Below are positions 8,283-17,498 of a stretch of 64,000 nucleotides of DNA, in pieces. The stretch comes from a virus: the IMG/VR virus record IMGVR_UViG_3300027702_000001. One strand, given 5' to 3'. Each line of letters opens with the position of its first letter. The stretch's first letter is position 1. The notes under the pieces were generated by a model. The model had not been told where the DNA came from. It ran no database searches and worked only from the letters and a program-made list of their open reading frames with translations. The translations under genes were made by a program, and so were the position numbers.

Positions 8283-10802
8283 TTATAAACCGTGGAATCC
8301 ACCCATACCTGTTAGAGAATAGTCACTAGGTGATGTGACCGTTTGTGCTCCTCCCACACCAGTCTCTGAGAGAATAGTTTTAATAATTGGTTGGAATACT
8401 ACCATTGAGGATCCATCTGCAGAACTTAGTTCGGTATCTTGTTGTTGAGATGACCGTGTTAATTCACTAGTCTTCGTACTATTTAGATCTGTTGGTCTTA
8501 TTTCTCTATTGTCAGGACTAGGTGAAGGTCCAGTGCTCAACTGTTTTGCACCTTTACTGATAGCAACTCTTATAGTTTCTGGCATCACCGCTTTATATTT
8601 TTTCACAAAATCCTTATCTTTCTTATTACCTGCAGTACCACCGAGAGTCACACCGACACAACCTGCAGTACCATTGTCATTAATATCATTATGAAGTTGA
8701 ATTGCAGATCTCTTACCAATAACACCACCCATATTGTTAATAAAGGTAGACCAAGTTCCAATACCACTTACATATGAGTGTTCTGCAAATCCAACAAGAG
8801 GATACTTACCATCTGGTAAAGGATAAAGAGCACCAGATACGTTTCTTCTTTGTGATTGTGATGTACCTGCTGTACTATATTGACCACTAATCGCTTCCCA
8901 CTGACCAACCTTTCTATTCTTACCATCAAACAGACGTAGCACACCAGTAGCACCATCACCGTGTCCTTGGAAATCTAAACGTCCTCCTTTTGGTACAGGA
9001 CTATCATCTTTACTGACACCTTTCTTCGCTACAAATGGATCATCGACCATAGAAGTTTGAGGTTGTGCCATCTCAAACTGTGCCAATGCTGCCCTAGCAC
9101 TCTCTGCTTTCTCTTCAGCGAACGGTATTAAAACATTCTCCCAGTGCTTCGCTTTTTCTTCGTTGGTTGAACCCAAACCATTCCAGTGTCCATTACCAAT
9201 GTGCATACCTGGGGCACCATTTGATGTCCAGATAACTCCGTCAACCATTCCCCAGACAGATCTAGCACCACCTTCACCATTTGCAATTCTTTCTCTTATT
9301 TCTTTGAGTTCATTCTTCAATCTCTTCACGTCATAGTCTTCATTCACTACCTGTGCTGTTGCCTTTTGACCATCAGAACCAATGAGTCTTGTTATAGTAT
9401 TCCCTGCTCCTGAAACGAAGGATCCAACATTATTAATTGCCCAGATCGCTTTCTCAAATATCCAGACAATACTATCTAACGCTGCCTTAGCAGCAGGACC
9501 AATAATATAGTCCATCAAACCTTGGAAAGCAGCACCTGCAATAGGTGCAATAAACTCAAGCACCATATCAAGGACGTGCTTCAAAGGTTCAAACAAATCT
9601 TGTATTGCTGTTGCAACTGGTTTTACAAATGCATTAAACATTGGTAGAGCAATATTCTTAAAGAAATCTCCAAGAGGTTTCAGAATAGGTTCGATTGCCT
9701 CTCCAAGGAACGCTCCAATCTTATCTCCAAAGAACCCACCTAGAACACCACCCACAATAGGTGCAAATGGTCCTAGGACAGGTGTTAACAGTGCAGTGAC
9801 CGCAACTGTACCAATGGTGGCACCGATACCTCCACCTGCTGCCACATTCATACTGTCACCAGCAGCGAGTCTGGATCCAAATGAGAGTGCACCTGCAAAT
9901 ATACCTCCACCAACACCAGATCGCATAAAGCGACCCATACCTGTCATACCTTTAAATCCTGCCCTTCCTGCAATACGACCACCGAATCTTGATTTAGATG
10001 CATTGCCACCAAATCTTCTAGCATATCTCTGTCGTGCTGCCTTCGATGCATTACCAGACCTAACACCTCTAGGTGGTCTTTTTGGTCGAGTATTATTCTT
10101 TAAGAAATTATTTTGATTTACTTTCTTTGCGTTCTTTGCGGCAGTGGTACGATTAGTTTTAAATAATTTTGATAGTTTGCCAATATCTCCTGCCAACTTC
10201 CAGGGCATTAAAATCCTACTTGCCAACTTGAGCGCGGCGAGACCCCCTACAACTTTCAGCGCCCTCATTAAGTAACTGTCGTTCCCATCTGGATCGAACA
10301 GTCCATCGTATAGAGTTCGGAAACCCCACGCTCCGACTTTCCAAACAGTTCCTAACCACTTACCAATCCATTCGAACCCAGTCCGAACCGCCTCTTTGTT
10401 TTCCTTCTTAGACAACCAGTCTAATGCAAAGTATGTACCAAGAGTTGTAGCAAATGCAATCAGTGGTTCTATTAATGGTCCTAGGAATCCAAAGAGACCA
10501 CTCCCACCACGTTTTGAATATCCTCTTGAGTTCGCCTCTTTTTCTATCTCATCAGTTGCTTGCTTCTCAATCTTATTTTCTCTCGCCCTGTCCTGTGCTA
10601 GAGATTTTCTCCCTTGCACAGCGTACGCTGCATCAAGTCGTGCTTGGTGTCCTGCTGTGAGAATCTTACCAACATCGGTGACAGTATGTCCCAATCGGTT
10701 GACCGCTAGGGTCATTGACATTGCAGGATCCTTCTTGTCCATACCAGAGGTAGTGACAGGAATAAAGTTTCTTATTGATAACTTGGGTGCTGCTTTTGCC
10801 AT
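8283..10802 (-). CDS. Tape-measure-like tail protein (paralog 2) with C-terminal L,D-transpeptidase-like (Tlde1/DUF2778/YkuD) domain
   Basis: Same N-terminal architecture as downstream paralog; C-terminal PLPDGKY...AIQLHNDINDNGTAGCVGV catalytic His/Cys motif. Confidence 0.6.
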   Translation of the reverse strand: MAKAAPKLSIRNFIPVTTSGMDKKDPAMSMTLAVNRLGHTVTDVGKILTAGHQARLDAAYAVQGRKSLAQDRARENKIEKQATDEIEKEANSRGYSKRGGSGLFGFLGPLIEPLIAFATTLGTYFALDWLSKKENKEAVRTGFEWIGKWLGTVWKVGAWGFRTLYDGLFDPDGNDSYLMRALKVVGGLAALKLASRILMPWKLAGDIGKLSKLFKTNRTTAAKNAKKVNQNNFLKNNTRPKRPPRGVRSGNASKAARQRYARRFGGNASKSRFGGRIAGRAGFKGMTGMGRFMRSGVGGGIFAGALSFGSRLAAGDSMNVAAGGGIGATIGTVAVTALLTPVLGPFAPIVGGVLGGFFGDKIGAFLGEAIEPILKPLGDFFKNIALPMFNAFVKPVATAIQDLFEPLKHVLDMVLEFIAPIAGAAFQGLMDYIIGPAAKAALDSIVWIFEKAIWAINNVGSFVSGAGNTITRLIGSDGQKATAQVVNEDYDVKRLKNELKEIRERIANGEGGARSVWGMVDGVIWTSNGAPGMHIGNGHWNGLGSTNEEKAKHWENVLIPFAEEKAESARAALAQFEMAQPQTSMVDDPFVAKKGVSKDDSPVPKGGRLDFQGHGDGATGVLRLFDGKNRKVGQWEAISGQYSTAGTSQSQRRNVSGALYPLPDGKYPLVGFAEHSYVSGIGTWSTFINNMGGVIGKRSAIQLHNDINDNGTAGCVGVTLGGTAGNKKDKDFVKKYKAVMPETIRVAISKGAKQLSTGPSPSPDNREIRPTDLNSTKTSELTRSSQQQDTELSSADGSSMVVFQPIIKTILSETGVGGAQTVTSPSDYSLTGMGGFHGL

Positions 10803-10975
10803 TAAAGTGACTGGTGTTGTCCCGCCTGCTGGCGTTGTCTTGCCTCTTCTTCACGTAAGTAACGCATCAAGAGGTTCACATAAACATCCCTTTCCCACGG
10901 CATCATATTTTCAAGTTCTGTGAGACTATACTTATGATGTTGCATCAAAGCAAAATTAGTCTCATACATATTCAT
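10802..10975 (-). CDS. gp51: Baseplate hub assembly catalyst gp51
   Basis: Hand translation MNMYETNFALMQHHKYSLTELENMMPWERDVYVNLL; directly after gp26; absent from ORF track. Confidence 0.85.
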   Translation of the reverse strand: MNMYETNFALMQHHKYSLTELENMMPWERDVYVNLLMRYLREEEARQRQQAGQHQSL

Positions 10976-10995
10976 CAACGAATCGTGCGCTAGGG

Positions 10996-11700
10996 CTACG
11001 CGAAAAAACTTGCTAGTCCTTCGAGTAAGATTGGTGATGTAACTTCGGTCTTCGGATTGAAAACCTCAATAGTATGGGAGAGTTTAGGCATAGTTTCAAA
11101 GAACTTCTGGACTAAAGCAAACTGTTGTGAGTTCATATTTTCATAGAATTCAACTAGTTCTTTAGTTGTAGAATCTTTTCCTTCATATACATCCTCACCT
11201 TCAGCAATACTTTCAGTACAACTAGCAGCGAGTTTGAATAGATCGTCTACACCTGGGTTGTCAACGAGATTATTCTTCACAAACACATCCAAGGATGGAT
11301 ATTTCATAGTGATGGTAACTTCATCGGTGACTTTGAGAATGGTGGTATGTTCCTTAGGAATTTGTACCTTAACTTCATCAAGGTTGACTTCAACATCAAC
11401 TTGAGTCTTCTCATCATCAGGACAAGTGATTTTAAATTCACTCACCTCACCAACAGATTTACCACGGATTTTAAGAAAGAGATATTCAATATCGAATGTA
11501 GCAAGATCGTCAAGTTTCTTGAGGTTGGTACAATTCTTGATAATCTCTTTCACCGCTTTGATCATCTCTTTGTTATCCTGTGTTTCCATAGCAAGGTAAA
11601 GAAGTTTCTCTTCTCTCACTAGGAATGGTCTATAGGTAACCTTTTGACCACGAGGAAGCACGCATTCATAATCTGGAATGCTCAGTTTGGGTAAAGGCAT
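10996..11700 (-). CDS. gp26: Baseplate hub subunit gp26
   Basis: MPLPKL..P.YE...KVTYRPFLVREEKLL...FDIEYLFLKIRGKSVGE. Confidence 0.9.
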   Translation of the reverse strand: MPLPKLSIPDYECVLPRGQKVTYRPFLVREEKLLYLAMETQDNKEMIKAVKEIIKNCTNLKKLDDLATFDIEYLFLKIRGKSVGEVSEFKITCPDDEKTQVDVEVNLDEVKVQIPKEHTTILKVTDEVTITMKYPSLDVFVKNNLVDNPGVDDLFKLAASCTESIAEGEDVYEGKDSTTKELVEFYENMNSQQFALVQKFFETMPKLSHTIEVFNPKTEVTSPILLEGLASFFA

Positions 11701-11729
11701 CGTGTAAAATTACAATTCAGTAAAACTAT

Positions 11730-12455
11730 TTAGACCCCGACGTAGGTCCTTAGATCATTATCGTCGAGAACACTATCTATATTGTTTATAACCTTTTCTT
11801 TGGTCCAACCATTTACCTTGTCCTGTTTTGTAGTAAATCTATAACGCTCAAACTTAAACTGTACATCTAATCTAATTATTTCTGAATTACTATTACCGAA
11901 GGTCATTGTACCTAGGTTGAATGGATATGCTCCAGTGAATCTCCAGACACCAACTGCTTTATTTAAACGTGTTTGATATGTCTGTCCTTTCTTCTTAGTC
12001 TTCACAACAAAGTTAGATCCTCTCTCCCATTTCCTTACAATGATGTCACAAATATAATCATCATAGAAACTGACTCTGTTCTCACCATCAGGTGCAATAG
12101 AATTCATCCAAGTCTCAAAGAAATCTCTATGCCACTGGTTCTTTGTCACTAAGAATGAGATTGCTAGTTCATTAGGTGTCTGTCCTGTTACATATGATCT
12201 TTGAAGACCAAAGTTCTGAGTGTCTCCAGTCGTCAAGTTTCTTGAAGGGATAGTAACTTGATCAGCAAAATAATTTACAGCGTCATAATATTCTCTTCCA
12301 TATGCAATCGTCCCACCACCATTAAGTGCTGCAGATCCTAGAACACCAGGGAATCCGACCTCTACTGAGTAAAGATTACCACGGGAAGGTTCCCACGCTC
12401 CCTTAGCAACAAGGTCTGTGAATGATCGAAATGAATTAGGTGCTGCGTATGACAT
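11730..12455 (-). CDS. Tail tube (gp19-family) protein, likely gp54 tube initiator
   Basis: R.NLYSVE, VTIPSRNL, FFETWM, YDDYICDIIV, GAYPFNLG..TFG, LDVQFKFE motifs. Confidence 0.7.
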   Translation of the reverse strand: MSYAAPNSFRSFTDLVAKGAWEPSRGNLYSVEVGFPGVLGSAALNGGGTIAYGREYYDAVNYFADQVTIPSRNLTTGDTQNFGLQRSYVTGQTPNELAISFLVTKNQWHRDFFETWMNSIAPDGENRVSFYDDYICDIIVRKWERGSNFVVKTKKKGQTYQTRLNKAVGVWRFTGAYPFNLGTMTFGNSNSEIIRLDVQFKFERYRFTTKQDKVNGWTKEKVINNIDSVLDDNDLRTYVGV

Positions 12456-12910
12456 TAGAGTCTCTTTAATACTAACGATGTTGGTACGGGTATGTTTCTT
12501 CCGTTGACAGTGGTTACAAATTCTTCAGAGGGAATCAAACCAATATCTGCCCACTCAGAGTTTTCAATGCTGTAATAGGGTGATAGAACATTACTTCGCA
12601 AGTATTTATGCAGAGTAACGGGAGGTGGTGACGGGGTGAACCCTGAGACCCGTGCTTGAGGTGGTAGATAGTGTACATTAGCACCCCAAAAGTGGTTCGC
12701 TGACTCACCTATGACATACACCAAAGGATACTTATCCCAGAACTGATACTTCTCTGCATACTCTGCTGTGTACTGGAAAGTACATACTCCTCCCACAGCA
12801 GGACCATCTATGCCACGACCTGACAGGTAGAAGAACAACTGACTCCTCCACCAAGAGGGTGACTGTGCTTTATAGTTTGCTAGATCTCTTAGATCTTGAT
12901 AGACGCTCAT
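12455..12910 (-). CDS. gp2: DNA end protector protein gp2
   Basis: FWDKYPLV...FWGANVHYLP motif; adjacent to gp4. Confidence 0.75.
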   Translation of the reverse strand: MSVYQDLRDLANYKAQSPSWWRSQLFFYLSGRGIDGPAVGGVCTFQYTAEYAEKYQFWDKYPLVYVIGESANHFWGANVHYLPPQARVSGFTPSPPPVTLHKYLRSNVLSPYYSIENSEWADIGLIPSEEFVTTVNGRNIPVPTSLVLKRL

Positions 12911-13341
12911 ACTTTGAGTTCTTTTTCTGTGAGTATCATAAATTTCATCTTACGATCTGCACAATACTCACGTGCTGCCTTCCACTTCGCCTGATTGACT
13001 CCGTACGTGGCAATCTCTGTCAATAATCTCTTAGTCTTCCTACCTTTTTTAGGTGGAAGAGTTTGTGCCTTGGGTTTTACCTCCACTATATATTTAGTAG
13101 TACCAGAGGAAGTTCTTCCTTTGATGTAGAAATCTGGAAAATATCTGTGTATTCTATTGTCAATAGGTGAAACATAGGGAATGATTATCTCCTCTGAACC
13201 CCATTCGATGACGTTCTCATTCTTATCGCACCACACCATTAATTTACGTTCCCACAAACTTCTATAAATAATATTCGTAGGGTCACCTTTGTATTTTCCT
13301 GGGTAACTAGGTCTGAACCTTCCAGAATAACTTCGCTGCAT
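12907..13341 (-). CDS. gp4: Head completion nuclease gp4
   Basis: SYSGRFRPSYPGKYKGDPTNIIYRSLWERKLM...HRYFPDF...VEVKP. Confidence 0.92.
   Translation of the reverse strand: MQRSYSGRFRPSYPGKYKGDPTNIIYRSLWERKLMVWCDKNENVIEWGSEEIIIPYVSPIDNRIHRYFPDFYIKGRTSSGTTKYIVEVKPKAQTLPPKKGRKTKRLLTEIATYGVNQAKWKAAREYCADRKMKFMILTEKELKV
13263..13270 (+). promoter_or_regulatory. T4-type late promoter (TATAAATA) for gp48-gp53
   Basis: Exact TATAAATA about 70 nt upstream of the gp48 ATG. Confidence 0.7.
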
Positions 13342-14430
13342 ATGACTACCCCACTAGTTTACCCAAGAACATTGCCATCCGACGTACTCGGATCGAGACG
13401 TGAGATCTCTCGCGAAGATACTTTTGCGACTAAACTCGTAGATTATCTTAAGATTCAAGTGTACGATCCTCAACAGGGTGGTAATCCTTATACTTATGTA
13501 GGCAACGACGGTAAACCCGTAGCAGAACCTTTTAGAAGTGCATCTGATGCAGGGTTAGTTGGTAATGTATTTTTATATTTACCTAATGGTTTACAAGAAA
13601 ATTATACAGCGATGTATAATGAAACCACTTTAGGTGCAGCAGGTCTTGGTGCTATGAAAGCAGCAGGCAATCCGACTCAAGACAATGCTGTTAATACTCT
13701 ACAAGAAACAGCAGGAACTATAAAACCAGAGTTTTTAATGAACTCAATCTCATCTGCTGTCGGTGCAGTTAACTCCACACTAGGTGCAGGTGGAGATATT
13801 GATGGTAATGCTTTGTCTGCTATTGCAACTAAGAAAATATTCAACCCATACCAAGAAGTTACATTCAAAGGTGTGGCATATAGAAACCATACATTTAACT
13901 TTAAGATTGCACCACGTAATGCTAAGGAAGCACGAGAAGCACTAGGTATATTCCAACTCCTTCGTTATGCTATGCATCCTACGATGTCTGGTAGTAATGC
14001 TGATGCGATCAAGAAAATGTTTCAGTTAGGTCTCACCAGTGATGATGAAGCAGTTAGAAAGCGTACAGAAGATGCATCGAATGCTCTTTCAACAGGGAAT
14101 GGTACTGATGTAGGAACTCTGAACAACGCTAGGTTCCTAAACATTCCAAACTATTTCAGACTCGGTATTGTTCGTGTCAAAGCACAAGAGACTGAGAGTG
14201 GTGATGATCTTAGGATTACAGGCAATGGTGGTATGCTCAAGACTATTCACTCATTCCCTTCCAAGGTTGTACTTGAGAATCTACAGTTGAATACATCACC
14301 TGACAACTTTATGAATACTTTGAGAGATATTACTGATAATACTTGGGACTATGGTCCAGTTGCATATACAATGACTCTCACCTTCAAGGAAACTCAATTC
14401 CTTACTTCAGATATGTTCGCAGGAGGTTAA
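13342..14430 (+). CDS. gp48: Baseplate tail tube cap gp48
   Basis: LYLP..LQENY, NPYQEVTFKGVAYRNHTFNFKIAPRNAKEA, MTLTFKETQFLT. Confidence 0.85.
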   Translation: MTTPLVYPRTLPSDVLGSRREISREDTFATKLVDYLKIQVYDPQQGGNPYTYVGNDGKPVAEPFRSASDAGLVGNVFLYLPNGLQENYTAMYNETTLGAAGLGAMKAAGNPTQDNAVNTLQETAGTIKPEFLMNSISSAVGAVNSTLGAGGDIDGNALSAIATKKIFNPYQEVTFKGVAYRNHTFNFKIAPRNAKEAREALGIFQLLRYAMHPTMSGSNADAIKKMFQLGLTSDDEAVRKRTEDASNALSTGNGTDVGTLNNARFLNIPNYFRLGIVRVKAQETESGDDLRITGNGGMLKTIHSFPSKVVLENLQLNTSPDNFMNTLRDITDNTWDYGPVAYTMTLTFKETQFLTSDMFAGG

Positions 14431-14433
14431 ACA

Positions 14434-15396
14434 ATGGCATACTTCAAATATTTACCTAATGTATATGTAAGAAACAGAACGTTCCTTAATGGTTCCCATC
14501 CATATGAACTGACTGTTAATATCTTCCGTCGTATTAAGATCCGAGATCTATACAAAGGAGAACTCTTAGGGTTCACTAAGTATGCTATCAAAGATAACGA
14601 ACGTCCTGATCAAGTTGCAAAGAAAGCATATGGTGATAGTGGATTGGACTGGATTGTGTTACTTGTGAACAACATCATCAATGTAAACAATGAATGGCCA
14701 GTAACAAGAGAGGACCTTTATAATATATGTGTAGACAGATTCGGTACTGTAGATAGTGTTCATCACTATGAAACTAAAGAGATTAAAAATAGTAATGGTG
14801 ATGTGATTCTACCCGAAGGTCTTCAAGTCAATGAGAATTTTCAGTACATCAAACCAGATGGTACACTGACTACTAAGTTTGATTCTCGTAGACCTATCAG
14901 TAATTATGAAACGATGGATGAAGAGAATGAATATAAACGTCAGATCTATTTGCTACGTGGTGCATACATTGATGACTTTGTGAATGAGTTCAGAAGACTC
15001 AGTAAGTATCTACCTAGTGATGAAGTAGATTCTGAAGGCAATAAGAAAACCCCTACCACATTGGCAGAGGAGTTCATTGGTATCACTAACTATAGAAAAC
15101 CAAGTCAGAGCACAGCGTCAACTGGTTCTGCACGTGGTGGTGGATCATCTACTGCTCTCATTGCATCTGGTGGTGGGTCAGGTACTGCAGGTGTTGCAGC
15201 AGTAATACAAGAAGTAACTACTGGGACTAGCAGTACAGGTACAACAAGTAATAGCACTACATCATACAATACAGAGACAGCAAGCAGCAGTTCGTCATCA
15301 TCTAGTTCTAGTTCTTCCTCGTCTAGTTCTTCTTCCTCTTCTAGTTCTAGTTCTTCTTCATCATCTGGATCCTCAGGTGGATATGGAGGATATTAA
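14434..15396 (+). CDS. gp53: Baseplate wedge gp53 with Ser/Gly-rich C-terminal tail
   Basis: MAYFKYLPNV, RPDQVA..YGD..LDWIVLLVNNI, VHHYET. Confidence 0.88.
   Translation: MAYFKYLPNVYVRNRTFLNGSHPYELTVNIFRRIKIRDLYKGELLGFTKYAIKDNERPDQVAKKAYGDSGLDWIVLLVNNIINVNNEWPVTREDLYNICVDRFGTVDSVHHYETKEIKNSNGDVILPEGLQVNENFQYIKPDGTLTTKFDSRRPISNYETMDEENEYKRQIYLLRGAYIDDFVNEFRRLSKYLPSDEVDSEGNKKTPTTLAEEFIGITNYRKPSQSTASTGSARGGGSSTALIASGGGSGTAGVAAVIQEVTTGTSSTGTTSNSTTSYNTETASSSSSSSSSSSSSSSSSSSSSSSSSSSSGSSGGYGGY
15283..15375 (+). repeat. Poly-serine low-complexity tract (tct/agt/tca codons)
   Basis: About 30 consecutive Ser codons in the gp53 3' end. Confidence 0.85.
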
Positions 15397-15638
15397 TGCT
15401 TTGTATTGAAGGAGCACAGTCACTAAAATTAGAGTGTGCCCTTCGTGAATTGGGGTTTGTAGATATAGGTTGGAAAACTGTAGCACACGCAGGTATATTC
15501 TTTGTGCAACCAGTAGGAGTTCCTGATGTACCAGACGGAGATCTCCTAGGATTTCTTGTGACTATTCCATACGCAGAATGGCGGCGTCCTAAACTTAAGA
15601 CGACCGCCAAACTTGCTTTAGATTATGCTCTAGGTTAG
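15396..15638 (+). CDS. Hypothetical protein
   Basis: ORF track; TAATG coupling to gp53. Confidence 0.55.
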   Translation: MLCIEGAQSLKLECALRELGFVDIGWKTVAHAGIFFVQPVGVPDVPDGDLLGFLVTIPYAEWRRPKLKTTAKLALDYALG

Positions 15639-15928
15639 AAACACCAACCGTTTTTCTTGTAGAAATAACACGGTGTTCCGTGTTCGTTATGCTTATTAGG
15701 TGTGAAGAAATCACCGTGACCATAATGATAGTGGTGGTGATGACGATGTTGATGCCTTCGCTTAGGAACTGGTGTGTACCAACAGTTCCAAGTCTCAAAC
15801 AATTTATCGTAAGTGCAATGTGAGGGTTCAACCTCATAGTTACCACTTCTCAACCGTGGTGCACGGTGGTGTGCCATCGCAGGTGTTGCGACAGACAGTA
15901 GCAGTAGTGCAATGGCAAATTTCTTCAT
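15635..15928 (-). CDS. Secreted His-rich small protein
   Basis: Signal peptide MKKFAIALLLLSVATPAMA; RRHQHRHHHHYHYGH; four Cys. Confidence 0.6.
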   Translation of the reverse strand: MKKFAIALLLLSVATPAMAHHRAPRLRSGNYEVEPSHCTYDKLFETWNCWYTPVPKRRHQHRHHHHYHYGHGDFFTPNKHNEHGTPCYFYKKNGWCF

Positions 15929-15937
15929 AGGGTTCCT

Positions 15938-16855
15938 TTACTCTTCTTCTGCTAGTTTAGCAAAGTATGAGAGAGTGTCATCCTCACCTGTGTCACTTGT
16001 TGAAGTGGACACTTGTTCTGTCCAAGATGGTCCTGCTGTAGCACTGATAGTAGGAGCAGGTCCACGTCCTTCAGACTCGTCTTCAAGAGACTCATCAACC
16101 TGCAGAGCAGCAGTCTTAGGACCAAGCACAGACTTCAAACGTGCCTCAAGTTCTTCATAAGACTTGAATTGATCTGGTGAAGTGAACGATGCAAGATCGT
16201 GTGCCTGACCATAAACCTCTTCAAGTTTATCATCTTCGAAACCACCCAAAGTTTGTGGTGAAGTGAACGTTGAGTCATCGTAGTTCCAATAACCTGCAAC
16301 CTGCTTGATCTTCAACTTGAAGTCAGCACCCTTCCAAAGATCGAAAGGATTGAATGCGGGTTCTGGATCGTAATCATTCTCATTGGGTTGCATCTTTGCC
16401 ATAATCTTGTCAAAGATACGCTTGCCATACTTATAAAGAAATACTTTCCCTTCGTTCTCAGGATTCAATGGATCCTTTACAACGTAGATGTTACTGTAGT
16501 ACGACAGTTTACGCTTTTGCTTACGTGCGATGTCCTTATCAGACTCGATACCAGAATTCCAAAGTGAAGAGTTCAGTGCAGAGACTGGATCCTTCTGTCC
16601 AAGAGTGGTAAGAGAGTTCTCGATGAACCAACCGCCAGGTCCTTGGAATGCGTGACTCCAAACCTGTGCCCAAGGAAGTTCTGCTCCCTCAGATTCTGGA
16701 AGGAAACGGATCACTGCGAATCCATTACCTGCTTTGTCTACCTGTGGTTTCCAGAAGCGTTCATCAACCTTCTTTCCACCGCTAGACATTTTCTCAATTT
16801 CCTTGGTCAAGTTAGCGAACTTACCTGACTTCTTTTTAAGATCTGCGAATGCCAT
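15938..16855 (-). CDS. gp32: Single-stranded DNA-binding protein gp32
   Basis: MAFADLKK...RFWKP..DKAGNGFAVIRFLP...HAFQGPGGWFIENSLTTLG; acidic tail; start placed at 16855. Confidence 0.95.
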   Translation of the reverse strand: MAFADLKKKSGKFANLTKEIEKMSSGGKKVDERFWKPQVDKAGNGFAVIRFLPESEGAELPWAQVWSHAFQGPGGWFIENSLTTLGQKDPVSALNSSLWNSGIESDKDIARKQKRKLSYYSNIYVVKDPLNPENEGKVFLYKYGKRIFDKIMAKMQPNENDYDPEPAFNPFDLWKGADFKLKIKQVAGYWNYDDSTFTSPQTLGGFEDDKLEEVYGQAHDLASFTSPDQFKSYEELEARLKSVLGPKTAALQVDESLEDESEGRGPAPTISATAGPSWTEQVSTSTSDTGEDDTLSYFAKLAEEE

Positions 16856-16914
16856 TTGTATTAGTGTTAGTGTGTGTTGTGTGATTGTACTACCCATATA
16901 GGGTAACGTACTAT

Positions 16915-17256
16915 TTAGTCGTTGTCAAGGTGTTGCTTACGCATATCCTTGAGTTTTGTCTCCATATCATCAAGAACTTCATTGATGTGCTTGCCTCCAG
17001 AATACATCTCTGAAAGCGTATCAATTTTGAACTTGATGTCTGCTGCCTCCTTGTCCTGATGTGCCATCAGAGCAAGTCTAGCATAGAAAACCTTTTGTTT
17101 GGCGATCAGTTCTAGAGTTCCCTCTAGGTGCTCTCGCCTGCCTGCATCATCTAGTTCAGTAAACTTTACTGATAGTTTTGCTAATTCGAGATAGAGTTTC
17201 TCCATCTCTTGTACTTCACCACGTACGACTTCTGATTCGTAAAATGGATTGGTCAT
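16915..17256 (-). CDS. Conserved cyanophage protein (DUF1825-like)
   Basis: FYESEVVRGE...Q..FYARL; usual neighbour of gp32. Confidence 0.6.
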   Translation of the reverse strand: MTNPFYESEVVRGEVQEMEKLYLELAKLSVKFTELDDAGRREHLEGTLELIAKQKVFYARLALMAHQDKEAADIKFKIDTLSEMYSGGKHINEVLDDMETKLKDMRKQHLDND

Positions 17257-17498
17257 ATCGGTAGGACTCCCCTTGATGTTCGTTTAACATAGTTTAATTC
17301 TTGGGCATTAAACTTTATCTTATCCTTCAGCGGTTTGCTGATGAGTTTGTTGACAGTATCCACCTCAATGTCAAGATCATCGCAGACAACAATGACTGCA
17401 TCAATATAGTTGACAAGACCGTTGCTGTTTTTGACAACATCTTCAACAGCAGCAGAAAATTTCGCTTGTGTCATAAATTTGTCTTTGTATTCCTTCAT
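17253..17498 (-). CDS. gp33: Late transcription coactivator gp33
   Basis: KFSAAVE..V....NYIDAV...DIEVDTVNKLISKPLKDKIK.NAQELN. Confidence 0.85.
   Translation of the reverse strand: MKEYKDKFMTQAKFSAAVEDVVKNSNGLVNYIDAVIVVCDDLDIEVDTVNKLISKPLKDKIKFNAQELNYVKRTSRGVLPI

Noticed and set aside
910-10923. Plus-strand ORFs antisense to gp5 and the tail genes (e.g. 910, 1245, 2233, 6328, 7117, 7609, 9796, 10396)
   Set aside because: Shadow ORFs on the opposite strand of well-supported genes; no motifs or SD
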